Shown: piece by piece, positions 8,999-18,619 of the stretch | How the letters are laid out: every line of letters starts with the position of its first letter | Numbering within the stretch: the first letter of the stretch is position 1 | Origin: Candidatus Nanoarchaeia archaeon | GTDB taxonomy: Archaea; Halobacteriota; Methanosarcinia; Methanosarcinales; Methanocomedenaceae | Assembly (NCBI GenBank): GCA_035530415.1 | Contig: DATKUV010000042.1 | Coordinates: 1 to 27,284 of the forward strand | Length of the DNA: 27,284 nt | Direction: 5' to 3' | Made by a program: the position numbers and the translations under genes | The notes under the pieces: model-generated | Told to the model about the DNA's origin: nothing | What the model saw: only the letters and a program-made list of their open reading frames with translations | Database searches by the model: none

Positions 8999-10639
8999 AT
9001 GGCAGGACAATTAGGAGGACAGCCAATATACATTTTGCGCCAGGGTACGGAGCGTTCCCGCGGGAAAGAAGCACAAAATAGTAACATCATGGCAGCCAGA
9101 GCAGTAGCTAATGCGGTACGCACCACATTGGGTCCCAAAGGAATGGATAAGATGCTGGTGGATGGAATGGGCGATATCGTCATCACCAATGATGGTGCCC
9201 AGATCTTGAAGCAAATGGATATCGAGCACCCGGCAGCCAAAATGGTGGTCGAAGTGGCAAAGACCCAGGACGATGAAGTAGGGGACGGTACCACGTCAGC
9301 CGCTGTGCTGGCAGGAGAACTGTTGAAAAAAGCTGAAGAACTGCTCAATATGAATATCCATCCGACCATAATAGCAGCCGGTTACAGGATTGCCAGTGAT
9401 GAAGCCAAAAAGATCCTTAATGGAATGACGAAGGTGGTAACTGAAGAAGATAACGATCTTTTGTTGAAAGTTGCAGGTACTGCCATTACAGGTAAAGGTG
9501 CAGAGAGTGCAAAAGAGAAACTCTCAAAGTTGGCAGTAGCAGCGGTACTATCAGTAGTTGAGATGGATGATGGTCACAAAGTCGTGGATCGGGATAACAT
9601 CAAACTGGAAAAGAAAGTAGGCGCCAGTGTGGAAGATTCTGAACTTGTTGAAGGTATGGTAATAGATAAAGGGCGAGTACACCAGAACATGCCCAAAACA
9701 GTTGAAAACGCTAAGATACTGTTGCTCAATGCCGCTGTGGAATTTCAGAAGACCGAAATGGATGCAGAGATCAATATTACTTCTCCCGATCAATTGCAGT
9801 TATTCCTTGACCAGGAAGAGAAGATGCTCAAAGACAAGGTTGACACTATTATTGCCAGCGGCGCTACTGTCCTGTTCTGCCAGAAAGGTATTGATGACAT
9901 GGCCCAGCATTACCTGGCAAAGGCAGGTATTTTTGCAGTTCGCAGGTTCCTGAAAAGCGATATAGAGAAAATGGCCAGGGCCACCGGAGCCACCATTATC
10001 AATAATATGAACGAGATCTCAGAATCAGACCTGGGCTTTGCCGGTCTGGTGGAGGAGCGCAAGGTAGGTAACGCAGACACCACTTATGTAACAAAATGCC
10101 ATAACCCGAAAGCTGTATCCGTGGTGTTAAGGGGCGGTACCGAACATGTAGTTGATAATGTGGAGACCGCATTCGAGGATGCCACCAGAGTTGTTGGAGT
10201 GGTAATAGAGGACGGACTAATCGTAGCAGGCGGCGGTTCACCTGAAATTGAACTGGCACTTCGCCTGAAAGAGTATGCAACTACCCTTAAAGGAAGGGAA
10301 CAACTGGCAGTTACTGCCTTTGCAGAAGCTCTCGAAGTCATCCCACGCACCCTGGCTGAGAATGCAGGATTGGATCCCATCGACAAACTGGTGGAAATGC
10401 GCAGCCAACACGAAAAGGGTGTGAAATCTGCAGGCCTCAATGTATTTACAGGTGATGTGATCGACATGTGGAAGGAAGGTGTGGTCGAACCCCTGAGGGT
10501 AAAGACCCAGGCAATAAATTCCGCAACTGAAGCGGCTGTTATGATATTAAGAATTGATGATGTCATTGCCAGCAGCAAATCAGGTGGAATGCCAGGCGGA
10601 ATGCCCCCAGGCGGTATGCCTGATATGGATTTTGATTAA
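8999..10639 (+). CDS. ths: Thermosome subunit (group II chaperonin)
   Basis: Contains '[12 protein letters not shown]', 'ITNDGA', 'GDGTTS' and 'GGGSPE', with a C-terminal GGM repeat tail. RBS AGGAGGA at 8981-8987. Confidence 0.98.
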   Translation: MAGQLGGQPIYILRQGTERSRGKEAQNSNIMAARAVANAVRTTLGPKGMDKMLVDGMGDIVITNDGAQILKQMDIEHPAAKMVVEVAKTQDDEVGDGTTSAAVLAGELLKKAEELLNMNIHPTIIAAGYRIASDEAKKILNGMTKVVTEEDNDLLLKVAGTAITGKGAESAKEKLSKLAVAAVLSVVEMDDGHKVVDRDNIKLEKKVGASVEDSELVEGMVIDKGRVHQNMPKTVENAKILLLNAAVEFQKTEMDAEINITSPDQLQLFLDQEEKMLKDKVDTIIASGATVLFCQKGIDDMAQHYLAKAGIFAVRRFLKSDIEKMARATGATIINNMNEISESDLGFAGLVEERKVGNADTTYVTKCHNPKAVSVVLRGGTEHVVDNVETAFEDATRVVGVVIEDGLIVAGGGSPEIELALRLKEYATTLKGREQLAVTAFAEALEVIPRTLAENAGLDPIDKLVEMRSQHEKGVKSAGLNVFTGDVIDMWKEGVVEPLRVKTQAINSATEAAVMILRIDDVIASSKSGGMPGGMPPGGMPDMDFD

Positions 10640-10698
10640 AGGAGTTGAGCTGTGCCTTGTGGCACAGCTTGCATTTTTTCAAACCTGAGGTGCCTATA

Positions 10699-11874
10699 TT
10701 GGATGTCTTTAATACATCAGAATATTCAAAAGAAGAAGCTATAGAGATTCTTAAGAAGGAATTGGCACTAAACCCGATCCTTTATCTTACAGGTCCCCAG
10801 GGGGGCGGTAAGACTACATTGAGCATTGCCATGGCTGATGAGAATGTAGGTGCTATTTATGAGGGACGTGCTCGTAGTGCCCAGCCTGTCATACTGATAC
10901 GGCGGGATTGTCTTGAAAAAATGGAAAAAGAGATCGTTGAGCACCGCAAACTTCCGATTTTTGATGAGAACGGGCAGGCTTACGTAGATGTGACCATGCT
11001 GGAAAAACTCAATTTCATCATAGAACATATATTTGATATTATGGAAATGGGTGAAGAAAAGCTGTATGAAGATATCAAACAACTTACGGAATCGATAGGT
11101 GTAGTGCCAAGGCAAATTGAGATTGTTGCAGATGATGATGTCCTGGTAAGGCGCAGGCTCAGCCGCCATATAGATGCCGGTGAAAGACTTTCAGACCTGT
11201 TAGCAAAGGAAAAACAATACGGCATTAAATCAAATATGTGGGGTATTCAGGGCGCCAGGGTTCTGGACATTGTGAAGAGGGAAGGTGTAGGCAAATACGT
11301 GGATGGAAAATTCTCAAGGACCATCGAGGACTTCGACCGTGTGATACCCACAAAGGGCATGAGTATTGGTCAATGCATGCTCAAGTTGGTTGAGATCTCA
11401 AATGAGGAAGGTAAAGAGACGGGATTCCTTGTCCAGCATACCAAGGATGGTAATCAAAAGATCATGAGCGACCTGGTGGTAGGCAAACCCGATAATTCCA
11501 TGATAGGAGTTACCCTGCTTGAGATATATATTGGTTACAGGCAGAGCCGACATATGTACCAGACCTATACAAGCAATGTTGATGGTAATCTGGAACTCAT
11601 TCATACATTTACACCCAAATTACAGGCTATGGCTGCACAGGAAGTGCTGGGCAATATTATGCTGGACCAGATCACTGAGGTAGATGAAACAGGACTGGTC
11701 TCTGATGCTGATAAATCAGCTGCTGAGCGATTTGGCATCACTGTTACTGTTGTGGATTCTGATGGTACTATAGAATCATCTGATCCTGAAAGAGCAGAAG
11801 AACTGGACAGATTGATGTACGAGGCATACCAGCAGTGGAAAAGTGAACCGGATTCTGATTCAGTAAGTTCATAA
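10699..11874 (+). CDS. Hypothetical protein: N-terminal P-loop NMP/guanylate-kinase-like domain plus C-terminal JAB/MPN-like domain
   Basis: Walker A 'LYLTGPQGGGKT' and kinase lid-like 'IEIVADDDVLVRRRLSR'. The C-terminal half has 'ETGFLV', 'IHT' and 'VSDAD'. The start was placed at TTG 10699 (GAGGTG RBS 6 nt upstream, in frame with the 10645 ORF). Confidence 0.7.
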   Translation: MDVFNTSEYSKEEAIEILKKELALNPILYLTGPQGGGKTTLSIAMADENVGAIYEGRARSAQPVILIRRDCLEKMEKEIVEHRKLPIFDENGQAYVDVTMLEKLNFIIEHIFDIMEMGEEKLYEDIKQLTESIGVVPRQIEIVADDDVLVRRRLSRHIDAGERLSDLLAKEKQYGIKSNMWGIQGARVLDIVKREGVGKYVDGKFSRTIEDFDRVIPTKGMSIGQCMLKLVEISNEEGKETGFLVQHTKDGNQKIMSDLVVGKPDNSMIGVTLLEIYIGYRQSRHMYQTYTSNVDGNLELIHTFTPKLQAMAAQEVLGNIMLDQITEVDETGLVSDADKSAAERFGITVTVVDSDGTIESSDPERAEELDRLMYEAYQQWKSEPDSDSVSS

Positions 11875-11908
11875 AATCATATATATTATCAGATAGTTCC
11901 CTTTTGTT

Positions 11909-12145
11909 ATGTTTCAATATGTTGAAAACATTATGGGCTTTACAAAGGAAGCCTTTTGTGAAGCCCATAATCAGGGAGTGGCATCTAACGATGAATCATC
12001 AGAGATGGAACTAACCATTAAAACATATGAAAGGGTAAAAGAATTGGAATCCCAGGGTAATACTGTTGAGATGATAATGGTCGGATTAAAAAAAACCGTT
12101 ATACTCTATGCAGGGGGAAAATACGAGATTACTCTTATTTCTTGA
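11909..12145 (+). CDS. Hypothetical protein (78 aa)
   Basis: The ORF fills the gap between co-oriented genes and has a protein-like composition. An AT-rich TATA-like tract lies about 25 nt upstream, and no RBS is visible. Confidence 0.6.
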   Translation: MFQYVENIMGFTKEAFCEAHNQGVASNDESSEMELTIKTYERVKELESQGNTVEMIMVGLKKTVILYAGGKYEITLIS

Positions 12146-12213
12146 ATGTCAATTTACCCCTCTAATCAGACAAATATTAATATCAAAACAATGATATTAC
12201 CATGAGTTATACA

Positions 12214-12238
12214 GTACACCACAACAAAAGAAGTGTAC
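12214..12238. promoter_or_regulatory. Inverted repeat GTACAC-N13-GTGTAC, candidate operator of the HTH-CBS gene
   Basis: Perfect 6-bp inverted repeat ending 5 nt before ATG 12244. Confidence 0.3.
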
Positions 12239-12243
12239 ATACC

Positions 12244-12816
12244 ATGTTTCTACCCACGCCTGAAGAATTAAAGAAACGAAGGACCAATCTCAATCTTACC
12301 CAGAACGAGCTTGCCAGACTTGCTGGTGTAAGCCAGCCCCTTATAGCCAGGATCGAATCAGGGGATGTAGACCCCAGGCTTTCCACACTTAGAAAGATAT
12401 TTGATGCGTTTTTAGTAATGGAAAAACAGAGGATCAAGGCCAGTGATATTATGCATATCCCCGTGATACAGACTCATCCTGAGTCGTCAGTGGAAGAGGC
12501 AGTAGATATCATGGAAAAGGAGGGTTTCTCCCAGGTGCCTGTTATCGAAAATGGAGTTCCTGTAGGCAGTATATCCTCAGATATGGTAGTGCATTCCATG
12601 ACAGAGCGGGATACTGAAAAACTGTCAAATATGAAGGTAAAGGAAATCATGGGCAGTTCATTCCCCTCGGTTTCCAAGGATACTATTGTCAGCACCATCT
12701 CACACCTGCTTGAGCAGAGTCCGGCCGTAATGGTAGTGGAGCAAGGAAAGGTGGTGGGTGTTGTGACCCAGCATGATGTTATGAAACTGGTCCATAAAAA
12801 AATTGAAAAACCCTAA
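12244..12816 (+). CDS. XRE-family HTH plus tandem CBS domain transcriptional regulator
   Basis: HTH '[30 protein letters not shown]' followed by two CBS motifs ('GFSQVPV...GVPVG.IS' and '[15 protein letters not shown]'). The likely start is MFLPTPEEL at 12244 (track gives 12202). Confidence 0.9.
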   Translation: MFLPTPEELKKRRTNLNLTQNELARLAGVSQPLIARIESGDVDPRLSTLRKIFDAFLVMEKQRIKASDIMHIPVIQTHPESSVEEAVDIMEKEGFSQVPVIENGVPVGSISSDMVVHSMTERDTEKLSNMKVKEIMGSSFPSVSKDTIVSTISHLLEQSPAVMVVEQGKVVGVVTQHDVMKLVHKKIEKP

Positions 12817-12833
12817 ACAATGAGAGATATGAT

Positions 12834-14978
12834 ATGCTTCCTGAACAAGATTACAAGATAATTACAGAAAGACTTGGCAGAGAACCTACAGAAGTGGAAC
12901 AGGGTTGTTTTTTGAATCTCTGGAGCGAACATTGCTCCTACCGTTCCAGCGCTTCAGTATTGAAGACCTTTACTACCACAGGGGAGCGGGTGATTATTGG
13001 TCCGGGTGACGATGCAGCAATTGTTAGACTGGAAGACGGCTGGGTATTGGCATTTGCCATGGAAAGCCACAATCATCCTTCGTATGTGGACCCTGTTAAT
13101 GGTGCGGCCACTGGTGTTGGCGGTATTGTGCGGGATATTATATCAATGGGGGCACGTCCGATTGCACTCATGGACCCCCTGTATTTCGGACCACTGGACG
13201 ATGAAAAGAACAGGTATCTTTTTGAACATGTTATCATGGGTATTGCAGGGTATGGGAACTGTATCGGTGTTCCAGTGCTAAACGGTGAAGCATATTTCCA
13301 TGAAAGTTTTAGCGGTAATCCTCTGGTCAATGTAGTATGTGTAGGACTCGCCCGCGAGGATAAGATAGTAACAGCCAATGCCCAAAAGGCAGGGAATAAA
13401 GTTATTCTCATGGGCTCATCCACTGGCAGGGACGGTCTGGGCGGAGCATCATTTGCTTCAAGGGACCTGAGCGAAGAATCAGAATCCGAAGACCGGCACA
13501 GTGTCCAGATAGGTGATCCTTTTACTGAAAAACTGCTCATTGAAGCTACTCTTGATGTTATATATAAAGGACTGGTGCTCTCATGCAGGGACCTGGGTGC
13601 AGCCGGCCTGACAGGAGCAAGCAGTGAGATGGCAGCCAAAGGAAATCTTGGTATCCATATCATTGCTGACATGGTGCACCTCAGGGATGAGACCCTGACA
13701 CCCTATGAGATCATGATCTCTGAGTCCCAGGAACGGATGCTCTTTGAAGTGGAACCTGGAAAGGTGGATGAGGTCATGGCAATAGCAGACAAATATGACC
13801 TGATAGCTAATGTGATAGGTGAATTTACCAGTGAAACCCAGTATATGGTGGAATATAAAGGTGAAGTAGTAGTTGATATCCCAATATTGTTTTTGTGCGA
13901 AGGAGCCCCAACATCAGAAATGCAAATCCAGCCTGAAACAAAAGAGCGGAATATGGATATCCCTCCAATTCCCGACAATCTCAAATGCTTCATCCTCAAG
14001 TTACTCTCATCCCCTAATATTGCTTCAAAGGAATGGATATATCGTCAATACGACCATGAAGTGCAAGTGCGTTCAGTTGTCAAACCAGGTAGAGACGCCG
14101 GGGTTCTGCGAATAATAGATGACAAACAGGGGCTTGCGATGTCATGCGGCTGTAACCCTGCCCAGGTGGAGGCTGACCCATATAACGGCGGAGCGGGAGT
14201 GGTAATCGAAAATGCAATGAACATGGCAGCAGTTGGTGCCTGTCCCCTGGCTTTAGTGGATTGTCTTAACTTCGGGAACCCGGAAAGACCAGAGATCTAC
14301 CATCAGTTCAAACAGGCATGTTTGGGTCTGGGGGATGCAGCCCGGACACTGGAAATACCTGTTGTCGGTGGAAACGTATCCTTCTATAATGAGAGTGATG
14401 AATTCGGAACTGCCATTGCACCTACACCCAGTATTGGGATGGTGGGATGGATTAAAGATCTGGATAAAATCCCTTCAGGAACTTTTCAGCAGACTGATGA
14501 GACAATTATCCTGATAGGTGAGACTCTGGCCGAAATGGGAGCAAGTGAGTATTATTCATTGCTAGGTTACAATGAAAGCGGTATTCCACCCAAAGTACCT
14601 GAGAATATCGATAATATTGTGAACAATATAATCTCAGTTGTTGAATCGGGTTATATATCAGCTGCTCATGATGTATCCAATGGCGGATTAGCAATCACAC
14701 TCTGCGAAATGGTGGATTCTGTGGGTGCTGAAGTGGATATTTCCAAAACGGGTCTTAGAGCAGAAGAGGTTCTTTTTTCAGAATCCTACGGCAGAATGGT
14801 TATCTCTACAAAACAACCAGAAAAAGTATTAAAAATGTTATTAGGAATTCCCTGTAAAGTAATAGGAAAAACAAAAGGTTTAGTATTGAGCATACTGTCT
14901 GAAAAAGAAAATAGTATAATATCATTTGATGAAATTAAAGAGGCAAGGGCCACCCTTACCCGTCAAATGATGGATTGA
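12834..14978 (+). CDS. purL: Phosphoribosylformylglycinamidine synthase subunit PurL
   Basis: Contains 'WSEHCSY', 'ESHNHPS', '[12 protein letters not shown]', 'DLGAAGL', 'SESQERM', 'DCLNFGNPE' and 'VVGGNVS'. Confidence 0.98.
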   Translation: MLPEQDYKIITERLGREPTEVEQGCFLNLWSEHCSYRSSASVLKTFTTTGERVIIGPGDDAAIVRLEDGWVLAFAMESHNHPSYVDPVNGAATGVGGIVRDIISMGARPIALMDPLYFGPLDDEKNRYLFEHVIMGIAGYGNCIGVPVLNGEAYFHESFSGNPLVNVVCVGLAREDKIVTANAQKAGNKVILMGSSTGRDGLGGASFASRDLSEESESEDRHSVQIGDPFTEKLLIEATLDVIYKGLVLSCRDLGAAGLTGASSEMAAKGNLGIHIIADMVHLRDETLTPYEIMISESQERMLFEVEPGKVDEVMAIADKYDLIANVIGEFTSETQYMVEYKGEVVVDIPILFLCEGAPTSEMQIQPETKERNMDIPPIPDNLKCFILKLLSSPNIASKEWIYRQYDHEVQVRSVVKPGRDAGVLRIIDDKQGLAMSCGCNPAQVEADPYNGGAGVVIENAMNMAAVGACPLALVDCLNFGNPERPEIYHQFKQACLGLGDAARTLEIPVVGGNVSFYNESDEFGTAIAPTPSIGMVGWIKDLDKIPSGTFQQTDETIILIGETLAEMGASEYYSLLGYNESGIPPKVPENIDNIVNNIISVVESGYISAAHDVSNGGLAITLCEMVDSVGAEVDISKTGLRAEEVLFSESYGRMVISTKQPEKVLKMLLGIPCKVIGKTKGLVLSILSEKENSIISFDEIKEARATLTRQMMD

Positions 14979-15104
14979 TTATCTTCTTTTCGTATTTTTT
15001 TATTCTAATCATATAAATTATTTGTATATTTTATACGATAATTCAATTAATAAACATCATTTATGTAAGTTAACCGCATTATTCCGATTAGGTGATCGTG
15101 AAAA

Positions 15105-16442
15105 ATGGCAATCCATCCAATTGAATATCGGTACGGTACTCCTGAGATGAAGCAGGTATGGAGTGAAGAATCAAAACTTAACAAACTTCTCCTGGTAGAA
15201 GCTGCATTGGCAAAAGCTGAAGCAGATGTTGGTATGATACCCAAAACGGCAGCAGATAAAATAGCTGAAAGTATAAATAGCGTTAAACTTGAACGGGTCA
15301 ATGAGATAGAAGACGAGATCAACCATGATATGATGGCAGTCGTACTGGCCCTGTCTGAGAGGTGCGGGGATGCTGATAAGTGGGTACATTTCGGCGCCAC
15401 GTCAAATGATATTCTAGATACTCAGTTGGCTTTGCAGATCAAGGACAGCATCAAATTGTTGCGCCAAAAAGCCATTTATGTCAGGGACGCTCTGGTTGAT
15501 AAAGCTGAAGAGCATAAAAATACCGTATGTGTGGGCAGGACCCACGGCCAGATCGGTGTACCGACTACCTACGGACTACGTTTCGCGGTATGGGCCAGCG
15601 AGATGGACAGACATCTTCAGAGGCTGGATGAATTGGAACCCAGGGCGGCAGTGGGTCAGATGACGGGGGCCGTGGGTACACAGGCTGCTTTCGGGCCTGA
15701 CGGTATAGAGATCCAGCGCAGGGTTATGGAATATCTGGACCTGGGCAGTGTGGAGGTTTCCACACAGATCATACAGCGGGATCGGCATGCTGAATTTGTT
15801 ATGTGGATGGCCAATACTGCCACTACTCTTGATAAGATATGTGTGGAATTGCGTAGTCTCCAGCGCAGTGAGATCGCTGAAGTAGAGGAGAGTTTCGGCA
15901 AAAAACAGGTGGGATCGTCTACTATGCCCCACAAGCGCAACCCCATCAAGAGCGAGCAGGTATGTGGACTGGCCCGGATAATCAGGGCAATGGTAGAACC
16001 TGAACTGCTCAATAATACCCTGTGGGATGAGAGGGATCTGACAAATAGTTCAAGTGAGAGGATAATCTTCCCTGAAACCTGTGTGTTGACAGACCACATC
16101 CTGAAGCTGACTGAAGGCATCGTCACGAATCTAAGATTTTATCCCGAGAACATCAAGCGCAATCTGAGCCTGTTGAATGGTCTCAATATGGGTGAAGCTG
16201 TGATGATTGAACTGGCAAAACGGGGTATGGGCAGGCAGGAAGCCCATGAGATCGTGAGAGTATGTGCTATGGAAGCCCATGAGGCAGGGCTGCATATGAA
16301 GGATGTGTTGATGTCAAAGGTCGAAGTTACCGAATATATCAGTGCCGGTGAAATTGAAGAGATCATGGACCCGGAAAAGTATATCGGGACAGCAGTGGAG
16401 CAGGTGGAAGCTGTGGTGGGGAGAATAAGGAATAAATTATAA
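15105..16442 (+). CDS. purB: Adenylosuccinate lyase
   Basis: Contains 'HFGATSND', 'GRTHGQ' and the fumarase-superfamily signature 'GSSTMPHKRNPIKSE'. Confidence 0.98.
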   Translation: MAIHPIEYRYGTPEMKQVWSEESKLNKLLLVEAALAKAEADVGMIPKTAADKIAESINSVKLERVNEIEDEINHDMMAVVLALSERCGDADKWVHFGATSNDILDTQLALQIKDSIKLLRQKAIYVRDALVDKAEEHKNTVCVGRTHGQIGVPTTYGLRFAVWASEMDRHLQRLDELEPRAAVGQMTGAVGTQAAFGPDGIEIQRRVMEYLDLGSVEVSTQIIQRDRHAEFVMWMANTATTLDKICVELRSLQRSEIAEVEESFGKKQVGSSTMPHKRNPIKSEQVCGLARIIRAMVEPELLNNTLWDERDLTNSSSERIIFPETCVLTDHILKLTEGIVTNLRFYPENIKRNLSLLNGLNMGEAVMIELAKRGMGRQEAHEIVRVCAMEAHEAGLHMKDVLMSKVEVTEYISAGEIEEIMDPEKYIGTAVEQVEAVVGRIRNKL

Positions 16443-16687
16443 ATTATTAATATTTTTTTCCATCCTCTGCTTTTATAGTTTTGACTATTCTAATGAAATA
16501 ATCTATCAATAATGTAAAAAAACGCTTTTTTTTTGATTTAGAAGGATAATGAAGTATTATGGGGCGTTATAAAGGGTTTTAAAGTTTCATGGAATTTAAA
16601 AATTTTAAAAACTAAAATAATGTATATTTATTTGAACATTTTATTAGTCCATACAAGTCTTTCAAATATGAAGGGAGGTGAAAATAT

Positions 16688-16969
16688 ATGAAAATAAGAA
16701 CAATTTTGGGAGTACTGCTGGTCCTTGCGTTAGTGTTGGGTTCTACAGGAGTTGCTGTTGCAGCTAGTGTTTGTCCAAATCCAGATTGTCCAAATGAGGA
16801 TTGTCCAAATGAGGATTGTCCAAATGAGGATTGTCCAAATGAGGATTGTCCAAATGAGAATTGTCCAAATGAGAATTGTCCAAATGAGGATTGTCCAAAT
16901 GAGGATTGCCTAAAAGAATATTTGAGTCCAGGACCTCATGGCAATCATGGCAATGGTCGTGGTAAATAA
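16688..16969 (+). CDS. Secreted Cys-rich tandem-repeat microprotein, (CPNED)n
   Basis: Strong RBS GGAGGTG and a Sec-type signal peptide ending AVAA. The mature part has ten Cys spaced C-x4 and a 'YLSPGPHGNHGNGRGK' tail. Confidence 0.85.
   Translation: MKIRTILGVLLVLALVLGSTGVAVAASVCPNPDCPNEDCPNEDCPNEDCPNEDCPNENCPNENCPNEDCPNEDCLKEYLSPGPHGNHGNGRGK
16771..16920 (+). repeat. Coding 15-bp tandem repeat (TTGTCCAAATGAGGA), 9 units plus 1 degenerate unit
   Basis: Unit 1 encodes CPNPD, units 2-5 and 8-9 CPNED, units 6-7 CPNEN, and unit 10 CLKEY. There are no spacers. Confidence 0.97.
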
Positions 16970-16984
16970 TGGGCAAGATTAAAA

Positions 16985-17012
16985 GCGTGGTATAACCACG
17001 CACTTTTTTTTT
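16985..17012 (+). terminator. Hairpin plus U-tract downstream of the CPNED gene
   Basis: GCGTGGT-ATA-ACCACGC followed by a run of nine T. Confidence 0.65.
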
Positions 17013-17017
17013 GTACC

Positions 17018-17091
17018 AATAAATTGTTTAGTAAGACCAGATTCATCTGGCTGAAAAATCCAATAGGTTATCTGAGAGTGAGAAGGACAGA
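17018..17091 (+). mobile_element. ISL3-family transposase scrap
   Basis: With one frameshift at about 17062 it reads NKLFSKTRFIWLKNP(N)RLSESEKDR, resembling the ISL3 'K.TR(Y/W)(I/L)WLKNPENL(S/T)E.Q' segment. Confidence 0.4.
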
Positions 17092-17100
17092 CATTTTATT

Positions 17101-18028
17101 TTACGACTCCGTATGTATAATTTTGAACTTTTGTGTAAAAATTGTTGATAATTCCTGATGATAGTCACCTAAATTGTTGAAGAAACTGTCAGTCGCATTG
17201 ACAAATTGAATGTAATCTTCGTGATATGTGTTATTTACCAGATTGAGGTTTGGTGCATAAGGCGGTAAAAAAAGTAGATTTATGTTATTATCTTCTGCAA
17301 AAACTCGACAATACGCCCGGAATCACACGTTTCTTCTGTTAATGTTGCAATCATAAAAAAATCTTCAATATCGAGTGCTCCGAGTATATTGATTCTTTTT
17401 CTACCCGTATTGGATTTTATTATGATTGTACGTTTTTTATCTCGTGGCTGCCACATTCTTGCATTTACTACATTGCGGAGAAGGCGACAAGGATCAAAAA
17501 AGAGCAGAACCACTCCTTTTTGTTGGGAATAGTATTCTATCTGTTGGATAAAATCTTTCTGTACAGTTTCGGTTGGAGCCTTGCCTGGAATCAATCCTGT
17601 TTTATTAAAGGATAATTGAAGTTTTGTTTTTAACAAGAGCTGCACATGACTCAAATTGTACTCAATACCAAAGTTCTGCTTAATATAGTGCTGTACGTCT
17701 TTTGCAATAGCAAATACTCCTTTACCGCTTTGATTTTAAGTTCAGATAATTGTTCTTCACTTAATTTTGCTTGTCCACCATGATAATTGAGCACGAGTAA
17801 AGAGTCGATTCCACCTTTCTTGTAGTAATTAATCCAATTGGTGATGGTATTATTTGTAACCGATAAGAATTCGGCAATATCTGAATATTCCCAACCAAGA
17901 TACATGAGTTTAAACGCTTGAATGCGCTTCAGAACTTTAACAGACTTGGTTTTCGGCTCAGCAACTTTAAGTTGTTCATACTCTGCGTTTGAAATTTCAA
18001 CTCGTTGAAATGGTTCACCTTTTCTCAT
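17101..18028 (-). mobile_element. IS630-family transposase pseudogene
   Basis: HTH part 'IAEFLSVTNNTITNWINYYKKGGIDSL', then 'FFDP', 'NTGRKRINILGAL' and, after a frameshift, 'LLFLPPYAPNLNL' through the stop at 17101. A frameshift lies at about 17725. Internal deletions at about 17290 and 17238 remove the segments that normally carry the second Asp and the Glu of DDE. Confidence 0.9.
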
Positions 18029-18313
18029 ATATTATTTAATGCAGTCTTGCTAATTTTTCATACATATCTCTTGCATCTTAAATAAGAGTCCTCCTTCTAG
18101 ATATTAGTTATTTTCAATTCATCGACCAAATCACAATAATTAACCAAAACACTTGATATTTAGGTCTATTTTTTAAATATAAAGTATTATTAAGCTTATT
18201 AAACCTTTTTGCACTATTTAATACATTAAAAATTAAATAAACTTAAAGAATACATATATAATTAAAATCTTTTAGTAGTAAATATCAAAAAAGTAGAAAG
18301 GAGGTGAAAATAC

Positions 18314-18559
18314 ATGAAAATAAGAACAATATTAGTATCCTTGCTGGTAATTGGATTGATAGCAGGTTCAATTGGGATGGCTGCTGCCCGTCATGCGAAT
18401 GATTGTGATCAGACCCATGAACACGATAATGATAAAGCAGGATCATCATCCATAGTTTTACTAAGTACTGCTGACCAGGACAATGGTGACCAGGACCAAA
18501 TTCGTGACTGTGATGAAGAAACAAATCCTGATGGTGATGAACTCCATAGTGGTTGGTAA
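18314..18559 (+). CDS. Secreted acidic Asp/His-rich microprotein, paralog of 16688-16969 in the leader only
   Basis: RBS GGAGGTG. The signal peptide is 16/25 identical to that of the CPNED protein. The 56-aa mature part has 12 Asp, 4 Glu, 4 His and 2 Cys (both in DCD). Confidence 0.82.
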   Translation: MKIRTILVSLLVIGLIAGSIGMAAARHANDCDQTHEHDNDKAGSSSIVLLSTADQDNGDQDQIRDCDEETNPDGDELHSGW

Positions 18560-18619
18560 AGAAATATTCAGTTATTGAGACTGAAATATGAAAAGATAAA
18601 GAAATATACGAGTGGGGAA

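Noticed and set aside
16577-16602. Palindrome TTTTAAA...TTTAAAA upstream of the CPNED gene
   Set aside because: It is A/T-only and expected by chance here, and it is not mirrored upstream of the paralog.
16771-16920. CRISPR array
   Set aside because: The units are directly adjacent with no unique spacers, are 15 bp long, and lie in frame within a coding gene.
16764-17003. Minus-strand ORF with LDNPH repeats
   Set aside because: It is an antisense shadow of the VNTR. The plus-strand gene has the RBS, signal peptide and terminator.
17700-17740. Programmed -1 frameshift in IS630
   Set aside because: There is no convincing slippery run at the junction, and the element carries other inactivating deletions.
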